DNA of 47,799 nucleotides from Rotaria socialis (lineage: Eukaryota), in NCBI GenBank assembly GCA_905331295.1, contig CAJNYD010000075.1, forward strand, positions 1 through 47,799. The letters are read 5' to 3'. A program made the translations under genes and the position numbers. The notes below the pieces were generated by a model. It ran no database searches, was not told where the DNA came from, and saw nothing but the letters and a program-made list of their open reading frames with translations. Numbering within the stretch: the stretch's first letter is position 1; each line of letters opens with the position of its first letter. Positions 36,950 to 47,799 of the stretch are shown here, piece after piece.

Positions 36950-39900
36950 ATGAGTGAATCAATTATGAATGTGGAAAGTACAGGTAAGTTGAATGATTAT
37001 GATAGTGTCATTTCTTTTTTTCTGAATTGGAATTTAATTTAGTTATTGATGGAAGTTTTACTCAACCACTTGAAAGTACACGTTTACCTCAAACATCTAA
37101 TGTAAGAAATTAATAGCATGCTTGTATTTGCTTTATTTTTTGAAATATTCTTTTAGTGGTCACCAAATAATACAACAATACGTTCTTCAAAAACTATACC
37201 ATGCGTTACAAAATGTATGAATACTATTTTTCATTTTTGACTTTGAATGAGTATATTTAGTAGCACTGATTCTCGTTTACTAGACATGACTTCCTATAAA
37301 TAGTATGAGTGAAAAGTACTGTATGACTTTTGTCAAGAAAGTCAAGATATTGTCAGTCAAAATTAGATATATTCGATATGTTTCACAAATAGTTGACTAA
37401 GATTAATGATGAGATGTGTCAAAGTCGGTTGTTTTGGTATCTGTCATACTAAATCCTTTTCTCCGTAGTTTGTGTCATCGTTCTATAATTAAAGATTAGG
37501 TCGCGACTGACAGGAATGTATTTTAGAATTTATTCACATCGCCTCTAGACATTTGATTGTTCCGCGTGATAAAATAATTTAGTACTAACCTCTTTCATTG
37601 TAATAGTTGGCGTCTCGTAGCTTTTCAACGTATCAATTCATTCCGATCAGAAATAATTTCTAGCCCAAAACAAAATTGCCAAAGCTGTGTTAGCTCAAGG
37701 ATTGTGTCCGGTTCTATTATAACATATCATTATTGATACTTGCTCACGAGAAAATAAACTACAGGGCAAAATGATTGTGCAGGAACCCTACCAAAATTTT
37801 CTTTCATGATCATCGCCTAAAATAACTTTGTTATCAGTTGTTTCCAACCGAGAATAAAAACATATTACTATATCGATGATATTTTGAAAAATGATAAACA
37901 TTTCCATAGTTCTTTTCGTGTATCAAAAAAAAAAGAAACGCTTAAGTTATATTTCATCTAAAAAATACTCGAAAACGGGTCTTCCCTCATTGTTCAATTT
38001 GAGATACTGATCCTATAAAACCGAGCAAACTATGCCAGATTCAAAGCATTCTACCGCCTGATTGTCTAGTTTCAATTCAAGAGTTTTTCGTTGACTAATG
38101 GGAAAATATATTCCATTTTAGCTGAACAACAACTATACAAATTATATGCTCAAGCATTAGCTGATTCAGAAGTAACACAAGATTGGAGTAGTTGGGTTGA
38201 AATGATGGCAATCAATTGTCAAAAGTGTTGTTCTGAAGCGGAAATCTCTCATCCAATTGCTTTTCGTACTGGTCGACAAACGTAAAAAGATGCACCACCA
38301 AATCAATTTCTTATCTCTTCCTGTTTTTATATTTATCTACTGTAGACAATTATCTCGCAATATTCGCATGTTACAAGTCGAACGTGATAGTTGGTTATTA
38401 TGGAATCGAGCACGTGACACATTAAATAATATTCGACAAGACCTCCCTGAAGTGGTAAATATTCGTCATTTAATTAGGCATGAATATTTTTTTTCTCGTT
38501 TTAATATTAATAAGATCCCAGGTAGTAGCGATCGATTAATTGTTGAACATCATCTTATCAATGATCCTCAATTACGTATGGCTAAAGCCGTACAAGGATG
38601 GTTACAAGCAATAAAACTCGATGAACGTTATCAAGCAGATCTCAAAATGGCTATGACAAAATTAGAACCGAAACGAATTTATTGGTTTGTTATATTCTTA
38701 GGTGTTTTTTTGGTATTTAATTCGTCATTATTTAGGGAAAAAACTTGCCATTTTCTTAAATCATCATATAATGCCAACCTTCCGAATCCATATATAACTT
38801 GTTTGGTAAATAAGAAAAAATGAATAATATTTATAGAAAATGATTTTTCATAGGATTTCGATGCTACACATAAACAAAAACGACGTTTGTGTGATACAGA
38901 TGAACAAGAAGAAAATGATTTACTTCAAATCGTTTTTTCTTTATTACGTGTTGGAGAATATTCCAAAGTAAATAAAAGAATTTAGTTCAAATAGAAAGAA
39001 AAACTTTTGTTTTTATTTAAGGCTAAAAGTATTTGTAAATCAACTGGTTATCATTGGTTAGCAGCGTTGTTATCTGCAAATGAATTATATCATGATGAAA
39101 ATTACTATTGTTCAGAAGCTAGCGATATTACTTATCCTGTCGAAGGAAATCAAAAACGTATTCAATGGATTGAAAGCATGTATGAACTATCTATGGATGT
39201 AAGCAGAATGAATTCTAATAAAAATAATATCGATTGATAGTTTGGCAAAATAAATTTCGGAATTATGTTTTTAAGAAATCTTTCCTTGTAATCAAAATCA
39301 TAAAATCAATTTACGTCTCATTACTCGCGCAGCGTACGAGGGAATTGTTACTCTTAATCGACTGCGTTTAATTGGAAATTATGTAGACTCAAGTGAGCGA
39401 TAAATGATTAAAAAGGAACTGGCACCTTTAAAGTATTGCTACAGAGATATTAGTTTCATGCATATTTTCTAATTAAAAAGACTAGCTCACTTCCAAGTCT
39501 TCTGATCTAATTGTATCTTGTAAAAGACCACCAGCTCTGTTGGCTTATATAAATGCTACAAGAGACTTGTTAGTACTGCAGTCTTGGCTTAGTCAAAATT
39601 ATCTGAGACTCATGCAACAATTTATTCTCTTTAAGCCCCTTCTCTATAGCAAGTTGATTCGAAATTGAGCTTTTCTAAGCGAATTCGCGACACTCATTTA
39701 AAAAAGTGACCGGTATTCTTAACATATTTTAGTCTAAAAATGATTGATCATTTGCAGAACTACTCTTAATAGATCACTTATATCGAACGATCATTTTCTG
39801 AGTGAAATATTGTTGCAATATTTTTTAATAGATGTATTGATTATTTTCTATTCATTAGATGCGTCTAAAATTGTACGAACGAGCCATCTATGGCCTTCTA

Positions 39901-42900
39901 TGTGGTCGAATCGAAGCTTTAATACCTGTTTGCAAGACATATGCTGATTATCTTTGGGCATATACTTCATGCTACATTGAACAAGAAATTCATTATATTC
40001 TTATGTAAGTTCAGTAAAACAAAAAAAATTGAAATTCTCCTTTTCATTCTCTGATTGTTTATTTAGGCGTGCTCATGAACATGAATTAACTGATATAGAA
40101 AAACATCGGGTTCTGTCTGATCATGGACTAGAAAATCATCAATTGAAGATGCCATCAATATTTGACGAAATTCTTGCTGGTTGTCCAACTCATATACGGG
40201 ATGAAGCTGTATTACCATTTAATGCAATTCAAAAATATTTGATACTCGCTGATTACGATCGTTTATTTCATAGTATATTATCGTTTTTACATACAAATAG
40301 TGAATCAAATGGAAGCTTATTACGTTTTGCCTCACATATTTGTTTATTTTTGTATGAACAAAATCATTCAGAAAAATTCAATCAAAATACTTTTATTGAA
40401 ATTTTAACAACCTATATTCATCATCTTATTGAACTTGAATTTAAAGATCTTGTGTGCTATTATATATCGAAATTACCACCGAATGATCAATGTAAGCTCA
40501 TATTTTGACTTTTTGTTTTTATACAGGATCTAAGTTGAGTGTTAAAGTGCAAAATTTCGACTCCTCCTCTCAGCAAAGTGCACATTTCTGTGCAAAAATG
40601 CCGAGAGTTCGACTACGAAGAAGAAAGATACGCGCAATATCCCATAGAAGACTAATGGCGTGTTCTAATTTATGATCTAATAATTTTTCTGAAGATTCAG
40701 TAAGACTATAGTGAAGGCTATATTTGTCACAAGCTATTATTCATTTCAAATTAAAAGACCTGTGAGTTTTTTTGGAGTGAGTTTTGCTAGGAACTAGTTA
40801 GAGATCTACGATTTTTATTTTTTAAAAGTGCAAAAGAAACTGCATCGAATTCTTGTTAGGAGATGTTTTATAAAAATTTGTGAAACAGAAAGTATAGTTT
40901 TAATATAAAAGTATTGGAATTTTGATTTTCAGTAGATCGTCAGCATCGTTAACTAAAGCTTGGTGTTAACATTTTAATATGAATTTTCGGCAGAGTTTTT
41001 GACGAAAAATCCACCTTCTAAACTTATAAAAAGCCCTCAAGTTTTGAAAAAAACTTGACGGTGGACCTGAGAAAATCTGGTGATGAGAATCCGATGCGGT
41101 TTTATTTCCTTTTTTTTTATAAACGCTGAAACTAGCAGATTTCATTCTAGTTGCTAGTAAAAATGATCCCTAAAAATACTCATTGTTGTTCTAATTTGAA
41201 ATGGATAATAGACATTATTCTATGAATAGTAACAGTAGTTAGTCATTGTTTTTCTTCTTCATTATTCACGAAGTATGCGAATAAGTTTTTTTCAAAAATT
41301 AAAATCTTTATGTTTTTTTATTTTAGCAACAATAATGGCAAAATTTTTGGATACATTATCGAATCGACAAGATAAAGAATTCTATTTAAAACAAGGTTTT
41401 ACATATAAAATTGATATTGATACATCATTATTAATTCTTGCGGGTAACCAACGACGAGATCAAACATTTGATAAAGAAAATAATGAAGAGATTATATCAA
41501 CAAATTCAAAAAGTCTTAATGAAGTATGTTTATTTGAATATAAGTAGACGAGAGATTTTAATATTTATTTATTTTAGAATGATCATAAACAATTAGAAGC
41601 ATTAAAATTATTAACAACGTTTTTATCAACACAGACAATAGATGCACTTCGCTTTGCTAATCTAATATGTCGATATTTTCTCAACGATGCAAAATATGAA
41701 GGAATTCGAATATCGTTATCGTATTTTCCACACGACATTGATGTTCATATTGTATGTTAAGGATAGACTTTCTTTTTTTTCTTCATCTAAAAGCGAATTT
41801 ATATTCTCTTTTGTTGGAATTTTAGATTGACGCAAATAATCGGCAACAATCAGAGGATGACATACGAGAATTTAAAGCATTCGGAGCTTATATTGTAAGG
41901 ATATTTTATTTCAATAGGCTAGTTTGATTCTAACTAGATAAATAGATGAAAAAATAGTGGAATTTATAAATAGTCCATAGCCCGACTGTTTTCTAGCATG
42001 GCACTCCCTCATAGTTATGAGAACTTAACTGACGTAGGTCAAAAATATTGAGAAAAGGTTTTCAAAATGAGATCCCATTTATCATTTACGAATCTAATTC
42101 TGACAATTTTTCTTCAAAGAAAAACATTTTGCGTTATTTATTGAAATACTAGTGAAAAGAATCATAGACATTGACTAATACTCTTCGAATCAGACCAAGT
42201 GTCGCTATATGCCATACTTTATACTAGAATTTCAGCACACTAAATTAGATCTTTTTTTCATATGATATTAATTCTGAATTAAAAAATTGTCTGACAAGAC
42301 AAACTTGAAGTCCTGCTTTAGTTTATATCCATACAATTATCATGCATCGTTTCGAATATCAAGAAAATTTCATTTTTGTGTTACAGGCAGCTCTAGAAGC
42401 TATTCAACGTTGGTCTGAATTACATCAAAAACAGCAAGAGAATACTTCCACGGCTACACGTGAAGATCAAGCTTATTTACCAATAGTAATAAAAGCTTGT
42501 TACGAGGTATTTGATTATCCACAAGGTTGGCTAGTTGATATCACGGTATGTTGTTTTGTTTTCCAAATCTGTTGTTATTTTTTATTAATAGAATGTTCAC
42601 CAAACACTACCCGATAATGAAAATCGTCAAATTGAAATGTCAATCTTACGTCATAAATATATACCAATGTTAGCATGTAATCTATTTCGTATATTTGATT
42701 TAGTTAAACACGAACAAGAAACATTTCGTTTAATTGTATTTCTATCTGATAGTCGAAAACAACAACTTTATACAGTAAATAAAAAAAGCAAGATAATTTT
42801 TGTTGCTCATTTAGTTCTTTTTCTTTCGTTTTCTTTTAGTTATTTTCCAAAGAAACTCTTAATTCAGTACTTCTATTAACTGAGCATGCAGCTGAACGAT

Positions 42901-42959
42901 GTCTCGATCGACAACAACAGCCACAGACTGATGATATAACAGTCAATCTTTTTCTATAA
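36950..42959 (+). CDS. NUP107: Nuclear pore complex protein Nup107 (Nup84 family), divergent, multi-exon
   Basis: ERDSWLLW, DPQLRMAKAVQGWLQ, WEKTCHFL, LDFDA, FSLLRVGEYSKAKSICKSTGYHWLAALL, VEGNQKRIQW, YERAIYGLLCG, TYADYLWAY, LLRFASHICLFL, GWLVD, LRHKYIPML. The 5' exons are less certain. Confidence 0.85.
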
Positions 42960-43359
42960 AAATTAGTTAATTGATGTCAGATATGAAATAAAATTTGTGA
43001 TGTGTGTTATCTATATGTGTCCAATAAATAGGTTTAGTTTCTTTTTCGTTTCATAAAAATCATTGAAATTGTGGAAAAAAAACAATATTACACGAGAGGA
43101 AATTGCTCTATTGTAATTAACTGGGAAAGAATTGAAGTTTTCTATTAGACTAAGATAAATAGTATTGCTACTCAAATGCATCGGATGTTGCGTATTTGAA
43201 AATAATCTATCGAATGTGATAATCGTTGGTTGTTCACAATCTTTTAATACCAATTGAAAAATATATTTGCAGTTCTTTTAAATCGTTTTATTATGGTGTT
43301 GTTGTATGGATGACCAAAAAAAATGTGGATTTTTATCAAAATAGTCTGGCGTCCACTGG

Positions 43360-43911
43360 ATGGCAGAAATGAATTACAAAGTAATTCTAAAATATGAATT
43401 ACAAAATAGTTCAAATTCTGTTACTGTCTTTCAAGTGACTAAGCAGGTACCATCAGGTACTAGCAGGTACTAGTAGGTACTAGAAGGTACTACCAGCTAC
43501 TAGCAGGTACTAGTAGGTATTAGCAGGTACTACCTGGTGTGGGTGTGGGTATGGGTGTAATTGGTCCCTAAAGTGAAATTACGCCCACACCCACACCCTC
43601 AAGGTTTGAAAAATCGGATATTTCTTGTGATGCTAGCGTTGAAATTGAATCTAGATCTATTGCACAATTTATATAATAGGAATATGTAAACATACAAAGT
43701 AAAAATATATGAGTTCTTTTATTCCAATTTAAATAACATAGCCTTTCTTTTTATGATTGTCCATTCATGTTCCAAGTCGAATTCGGCTGCTACCAATCTT
43801 CCAGTACCTTCTAGTACCTGGTAGTACCTGGTAGTACCTTCTAGTAATAACTGATACATGTATTAGTTGTATGTGTAAATTTTGAATTATTTTGTAATTC
43901 ATTTCTGTCAT
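43360..43911. mobile_element. MITE-like foldback element with imperfect TIRs and inverted subterminal 10-bp repeat arrays (AGGTACTAGY)
   Basis: atggcagaaatgaattacaaa at 43360 vs tttgtaattcatttctgtcat ending at 43911. The array at 43444-43533 has its reverse complement at 43802-43846. Confidence 0.75.
43535..43603 (-). repeat. Telomere-like inverted-arm cassette (copy H), ending the 10-bp array
   Basis: tggtgtgggtgtgggtatgggtgt-aattggtccctaaagtgaaatt-acgcccacacccacaccctcaag. Confidence 0.85.
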
Positions 43912-44610
43912 GAAGTCTCATAGTTGCTTAAAAGCAAATGTACATAGTTATTAAAACGATGATCGCGTTTATCATTTTCGATAAACCATACAAAAATCGT
44001 CATCAAATTGCATGCATCCAGGTAGAATTAAACATTCTAGGTACGACAGTAAACGGATAAAACGTGGCAGCTTTATCGAGACTTGTGATTTTTCTACGTT
44101 GATATCAGTTTTTATTGTTGTGACGAATAAATTGCGCAGCATTTTTAGCGGCAAATACAGAACGTCGTATAACATTGCTGAATAAATACTGCTGCTTGTA
44201 AATATAATCAGTAACTTAGAGCAGTGCGTTGAAGATTTGTTTTGATCATATTGACTTTTCATCCTATATTATTCCCAGGGTTGTGAGAAGACACACATTG
44301 TGCCAAACGACAACGATAGCAGCAGCACTAATTTAAAGTGGAAAATTGTTTTACATAGCAAGTCGCCTCGGTTTAAATCGCTGTAAGTAACCTGAAAAAA
44401 ATATGTCAGGCTCGATTTTAAGCTTTATTTTTGTATTATTCTACTAATAGTAAACAGAATCGTAAAAAATATCGAAAATAAATAGAACATTCATTTATTC
44501 GTTCTTTTTGGGATCAGCAGTTGCAGAATGCCTACGCAGCAGAATTCAGAATTCTGTAAACTTCCCATGTCACGAATACCGCATCAATTTTTGCGGTAAA
44601 CCGCGGTAAT

Positions 44611-44710
44611 NNNNNNNNNNNNNNNNNNNNNNNNNNNNNNNNNNNNNNNNNNNNNNNNNNNNNNNNNNNNNNNNNNNNNNNNNNNNNNNNNNNNNNNNNN
44701 NNNNNNNNNN
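44611..44710. other. Assembly gap (100 N)
   Basis: Run of N. Confidence 1.
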
Positions 44711-45009
44711 ATAATAGTTTGGCTCAAGCATTTCTTAGCAAAAGCCAAGCGGTTTTCGCACAATTGAACTCTAATGGGTCATTTGCGCAATTTCTTCAAC
44801 AAAAAGCACAGGAAGTAGCCTACATTCAAAATAGTGCCAATGTAGCTCTTCTCTCATCGAACTGTACGCAATATTTCAATGGTCTTGCAGCTGCACAAAA
44901 TGCTGACATGCAAAAAGAACGCCAACAAAGGGTATATGAAAATATTGGCGCTAGTCTCCTCCAGCAAATCATTCCAGCTATCTTTGGCTATGGGAGTCAA
45001 CACCACTAA
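44711..45009 (+). CDS. 3' part of an uncharacterised Q/A-rich, probably helical protein; 5' end lost in the gap
   Basis: The frame is open from the gap edge to TAA at 45009 (NSLAQAFLSKSQAVFAQLNSNGSFAQFLQQKAQEVAYIQ...). Composition is coding-like and an AATAAA lies near 45117. Confidence 0.65.
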
Positions 45010-45929
45010 AACATTCTTTATTTTCTGCTTGTCATTTCAACTATAAATCTTATTGAAATGTGAGAAAAATAACTTTTATTCACGCAATCTATATTTTACT
45101 TTGATAAAAATATTGAAATAAAATCCAGCTATCATAAAACATTGCATAATCTGTCGTTTGATTTTACAGTAAGACTGTGTTCTACTTGAGTAGTGATACT
45201 GAATAGCCTCGTGATCTCCTCGTCGTGAGTTTTTGAACATGTATTATCAGAGAAAAATGTGCAACCTCAATTTCGATTGTTTAATTTATTCAAATGCGCT
45301 TTTCTACAAATATTTCTCTCGGTATCGTTGTTGATTAATATCATATTCAGGATCGAAAATGGTAAACTACCGAATAACTTCTTCTTCCACCAGTGTAAAG
45401 ATAAATCGGCTAAGCATATTTTTTCATTTTCTTTTCTCTAGTACGTTGTCTACGAGTATGACTCCTTTTACTCTTCAGTACGCCTAGTATTCAGAATATT
45501 TATTGAACGGAATAACTATTTGAAAATATAATGTTCTAAATGGGTCTTCTGAAGCAAGTACGTAATAATCGGTCACATCGTAAGCGAGAAGAGATAAGAT
45601 AAAAGATTTAGCATGTAATTATTTGATGCGTTCAATTATTGCTACTGAACACAACCAGATGTATGAATTAATCGTCTAAATGAGACCATCATGGTTTATA
45701 TTTTCTTTGTCTTTCATCGTTGTAACGTTATATGCGGAGAGCGTTCAAATTCCATCCGGGGGTGTAATGCTCTCGTTCGAGTGTAACCTATACATAATAT
45801 TTGGTCTTATGATGCCATTTATTCTCATCACACATATTGCCTTTAAACTTTCTGTCCTTTAAATTTGTCTTTATCTATTCTTCTTCTTCATTCTCTCAAA
45901 TGATTGAGTATTTAAGCGTGTGCTTTATA

Positions 45930-46474
45930 AAGGGTGTTAGCTAAGTTCTGATTCCCTTATTAATTTTTCTTTTTTCACGCCATTGTTTGATTTGAAACGC
46001 TGATATTTACAGTAATATTCATGATATGATGGCGAAGTAGATTTGGAAGAGCAGGTAGCAGCCTATTGGAAAACATTTACTGCAGAGAAATGCCGACAAA
46101 TGATGGAAAAAATACCGAAACAGTTGAAATTAGTGATCGACCAAAATGGAGAACAAATATTTAATGATTAATTGATGTTATATATTTTTTATTCAAACGA
46201 GCCTTTTGATTTTTTAATTGGTTTTTGACTAAGACCAGTTCAGTTATTTATTGTAATCAAGTTCTCAAAACTGCTCGATATGAATGAAAAATTTTTCGTT
46301 TTGTCTTTTCTGATACTTTAATCCTGATATTAATAAAGAGTATAAAGCCCAAATTTTGGTACATAATAGGTCTTCATATCATGGATATGTACTGTAAATA
46401 TCAGCGTTTCAAATCAAACAATGGCGTGAAAAAAGAAAAATTAATAAGGGAATCAGAACTTAGCTAACACCCTT
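45930..46474 (+). mobile_element. Non-autonomous Tc1/mariner element, 545 bp, with perfect 85-bp TIRs, TA TSD and a transposase C-terminal remnant
   Basis: 45930-46014 is the exact reverse complement of 46390-46474, with TA on both sides. Internal remnant DLEEQVAAYWKTFTAEKCRQMMEKIPKQLKLVIDQNGEQIFND*. Confidence 0.92.
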
Positions 46475-47014
46475 TATGTAATCTATGCGATTTATGATTT
46501 GATGGGTTAAGTAAAGTGTAATACCATCAGCACAGACATCTCTTCTATCTAAAATCGTCACAATAGCTTCAACAATACCAAAAATAATCGTTGGTATCGC
46601 TAGTACGTAATTGAGCCAACGCGTAGCACGAACAATTCTATCTATGCTTGATATTTCTAATAAATGAGATTTTCATCTTTTGGATTTCCATTTATATAAA
46701 GAAAAAAATTTGCTTCAGGCCCATATATAATGCTGGCGTCATGGGGGAGACACATGCTAAATTCTGAGACATTCCCAAATACTTCAAAGTAATTTTCTCT
46801 AGGTAGAATTTTTTAAATTATAATTGTCTTTATTAGTTCGTTGCATATCTAATTTACACACAAATGCACGCAATGGCACTCATTCTACTTTAGTATGTGC
46901 AATAGTGTACACAAAAAACCGTAATTGGTAGTAAAGAGTAGACATAAAATCCATTGCATTTTATCACAGAAATTGAAGTTAGCAAAGGTTTCAGGTATAT
47001 TTGTCCAGATTTTG

Positions 47015-47286
47015 GCAGCAGTTGCAGAATGCCTACCCAGAAGAATTCAGAATTCTGTAAGCTTATAATATTTTTAAACAAATCAATGCCTATAGAATAA
47101 AATTCTATCTTGGCACGATTAAAGTATATCAATTTGGCTCGTCATATGATATTATAATTCTACTGTAACCTGTTTGAATTCTGCTCAGAATTATATATTG
47201 ACAAGATTAAAGTATATCAATTTGGATCTTCATATGATATTAGAATTCTATTGTAGCTTGTTTGAATTCTGCTTAGAATTCTAGGG
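47015..47286. repeat. AGAATTCT-rich repeat with an 88-bp tandem duplication; first ~48 bp also present at ~44515-44563
   Basis: gattaaagtatatcaatttgg occurs at 47117 and 47205; cagcagttgcagaatgcctac.cag.agaattcagaattctgtaa occurs at both 44515 and 47016. Confidence 0.8.
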
Positions 47287-47799
47287 TAATGGAATATGTT
47301 TTGTGTAAACAAATGCGTTGGATATGTTGTTCGCTTGGCACAAATTTGGAGGATTAAAGCTATTTTCGTAAATTTTATGGATAGAGGATAGATTTTATAC
47401 GAAATGAAGGGAATCTAAAACGTCTAGTTTAATTGAAAACATCGCCATTTCTAATTTATTTCAAACTTACTGATGTTTCTGGTAAACGTGAAATTTATAC
47501 ACAACAATGTTCTGTGCGCGGATCTTCCTGCTTCAAAAACAGACTGGCAGAACATAGTGCGTCAATTCAAAGGCAACTTTCCAAGTTATTGATAATATAA
47601 AAAACTGTTTGTATAACTATAACTGTTCAAGTGTTTTTGTAAGATAAGCTATATGTAGTTTTATTAAAAAGAAAAGAATGAAATTATAAAGATACGAAAC
47701 AACTTGTTCATTAAATAGTTTGTTTAATTCTGCAATCCTGACTTTAGCGTGTACAAAATATTTCATTCTCAATAATGCATGATATTGTTCCATGTTTGA

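Overview
AT-rich eukaryotic genomic DNA, most likely from a bdelloid rotifer. This is an inference from short GT-AG introns, an EGF/NHL-repeat gene, intron-containing pogo and Penelope-like element fragments, and TGTGGG/TGAGGG repeats. The first ~19 kb is an accessory, TE-rich zone with three lineage-specific secreted or membrane genes: EGF+NHL (-), a type II membrane CBM-like gene with an exonised MITE (+), and a myxobacterial-type Cys-repeat gene (-). It also holds a patchwork of TE and gene fragments. From 19.3 to 43 kb lies a compact, all plus-strand block: NOP14, headcase, MEF2, an uncharacterised type I membrane protein, Fe65/APBB and NUP107. MITEs, a 100-N gap and a partial ORF follow. 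The most striking unexplained signal is a family of at least 8 clear (plus ~4 decayed) 43-90 bp hairpin cassettes. They have inward-facing telomere-like arms (TTGAGGGTGTGGG...CCCACACCC), variable spacers and no visible target-site duplication, and several sit exactly at junctions between unrelated or deleted sequences. Also notable are a gene model with four consecutive 25-41 nt introns and two operon-like gene pairs with splice acceptors just upstream of the ATG. All gene models were derived by eye and are unverified by transcripts.
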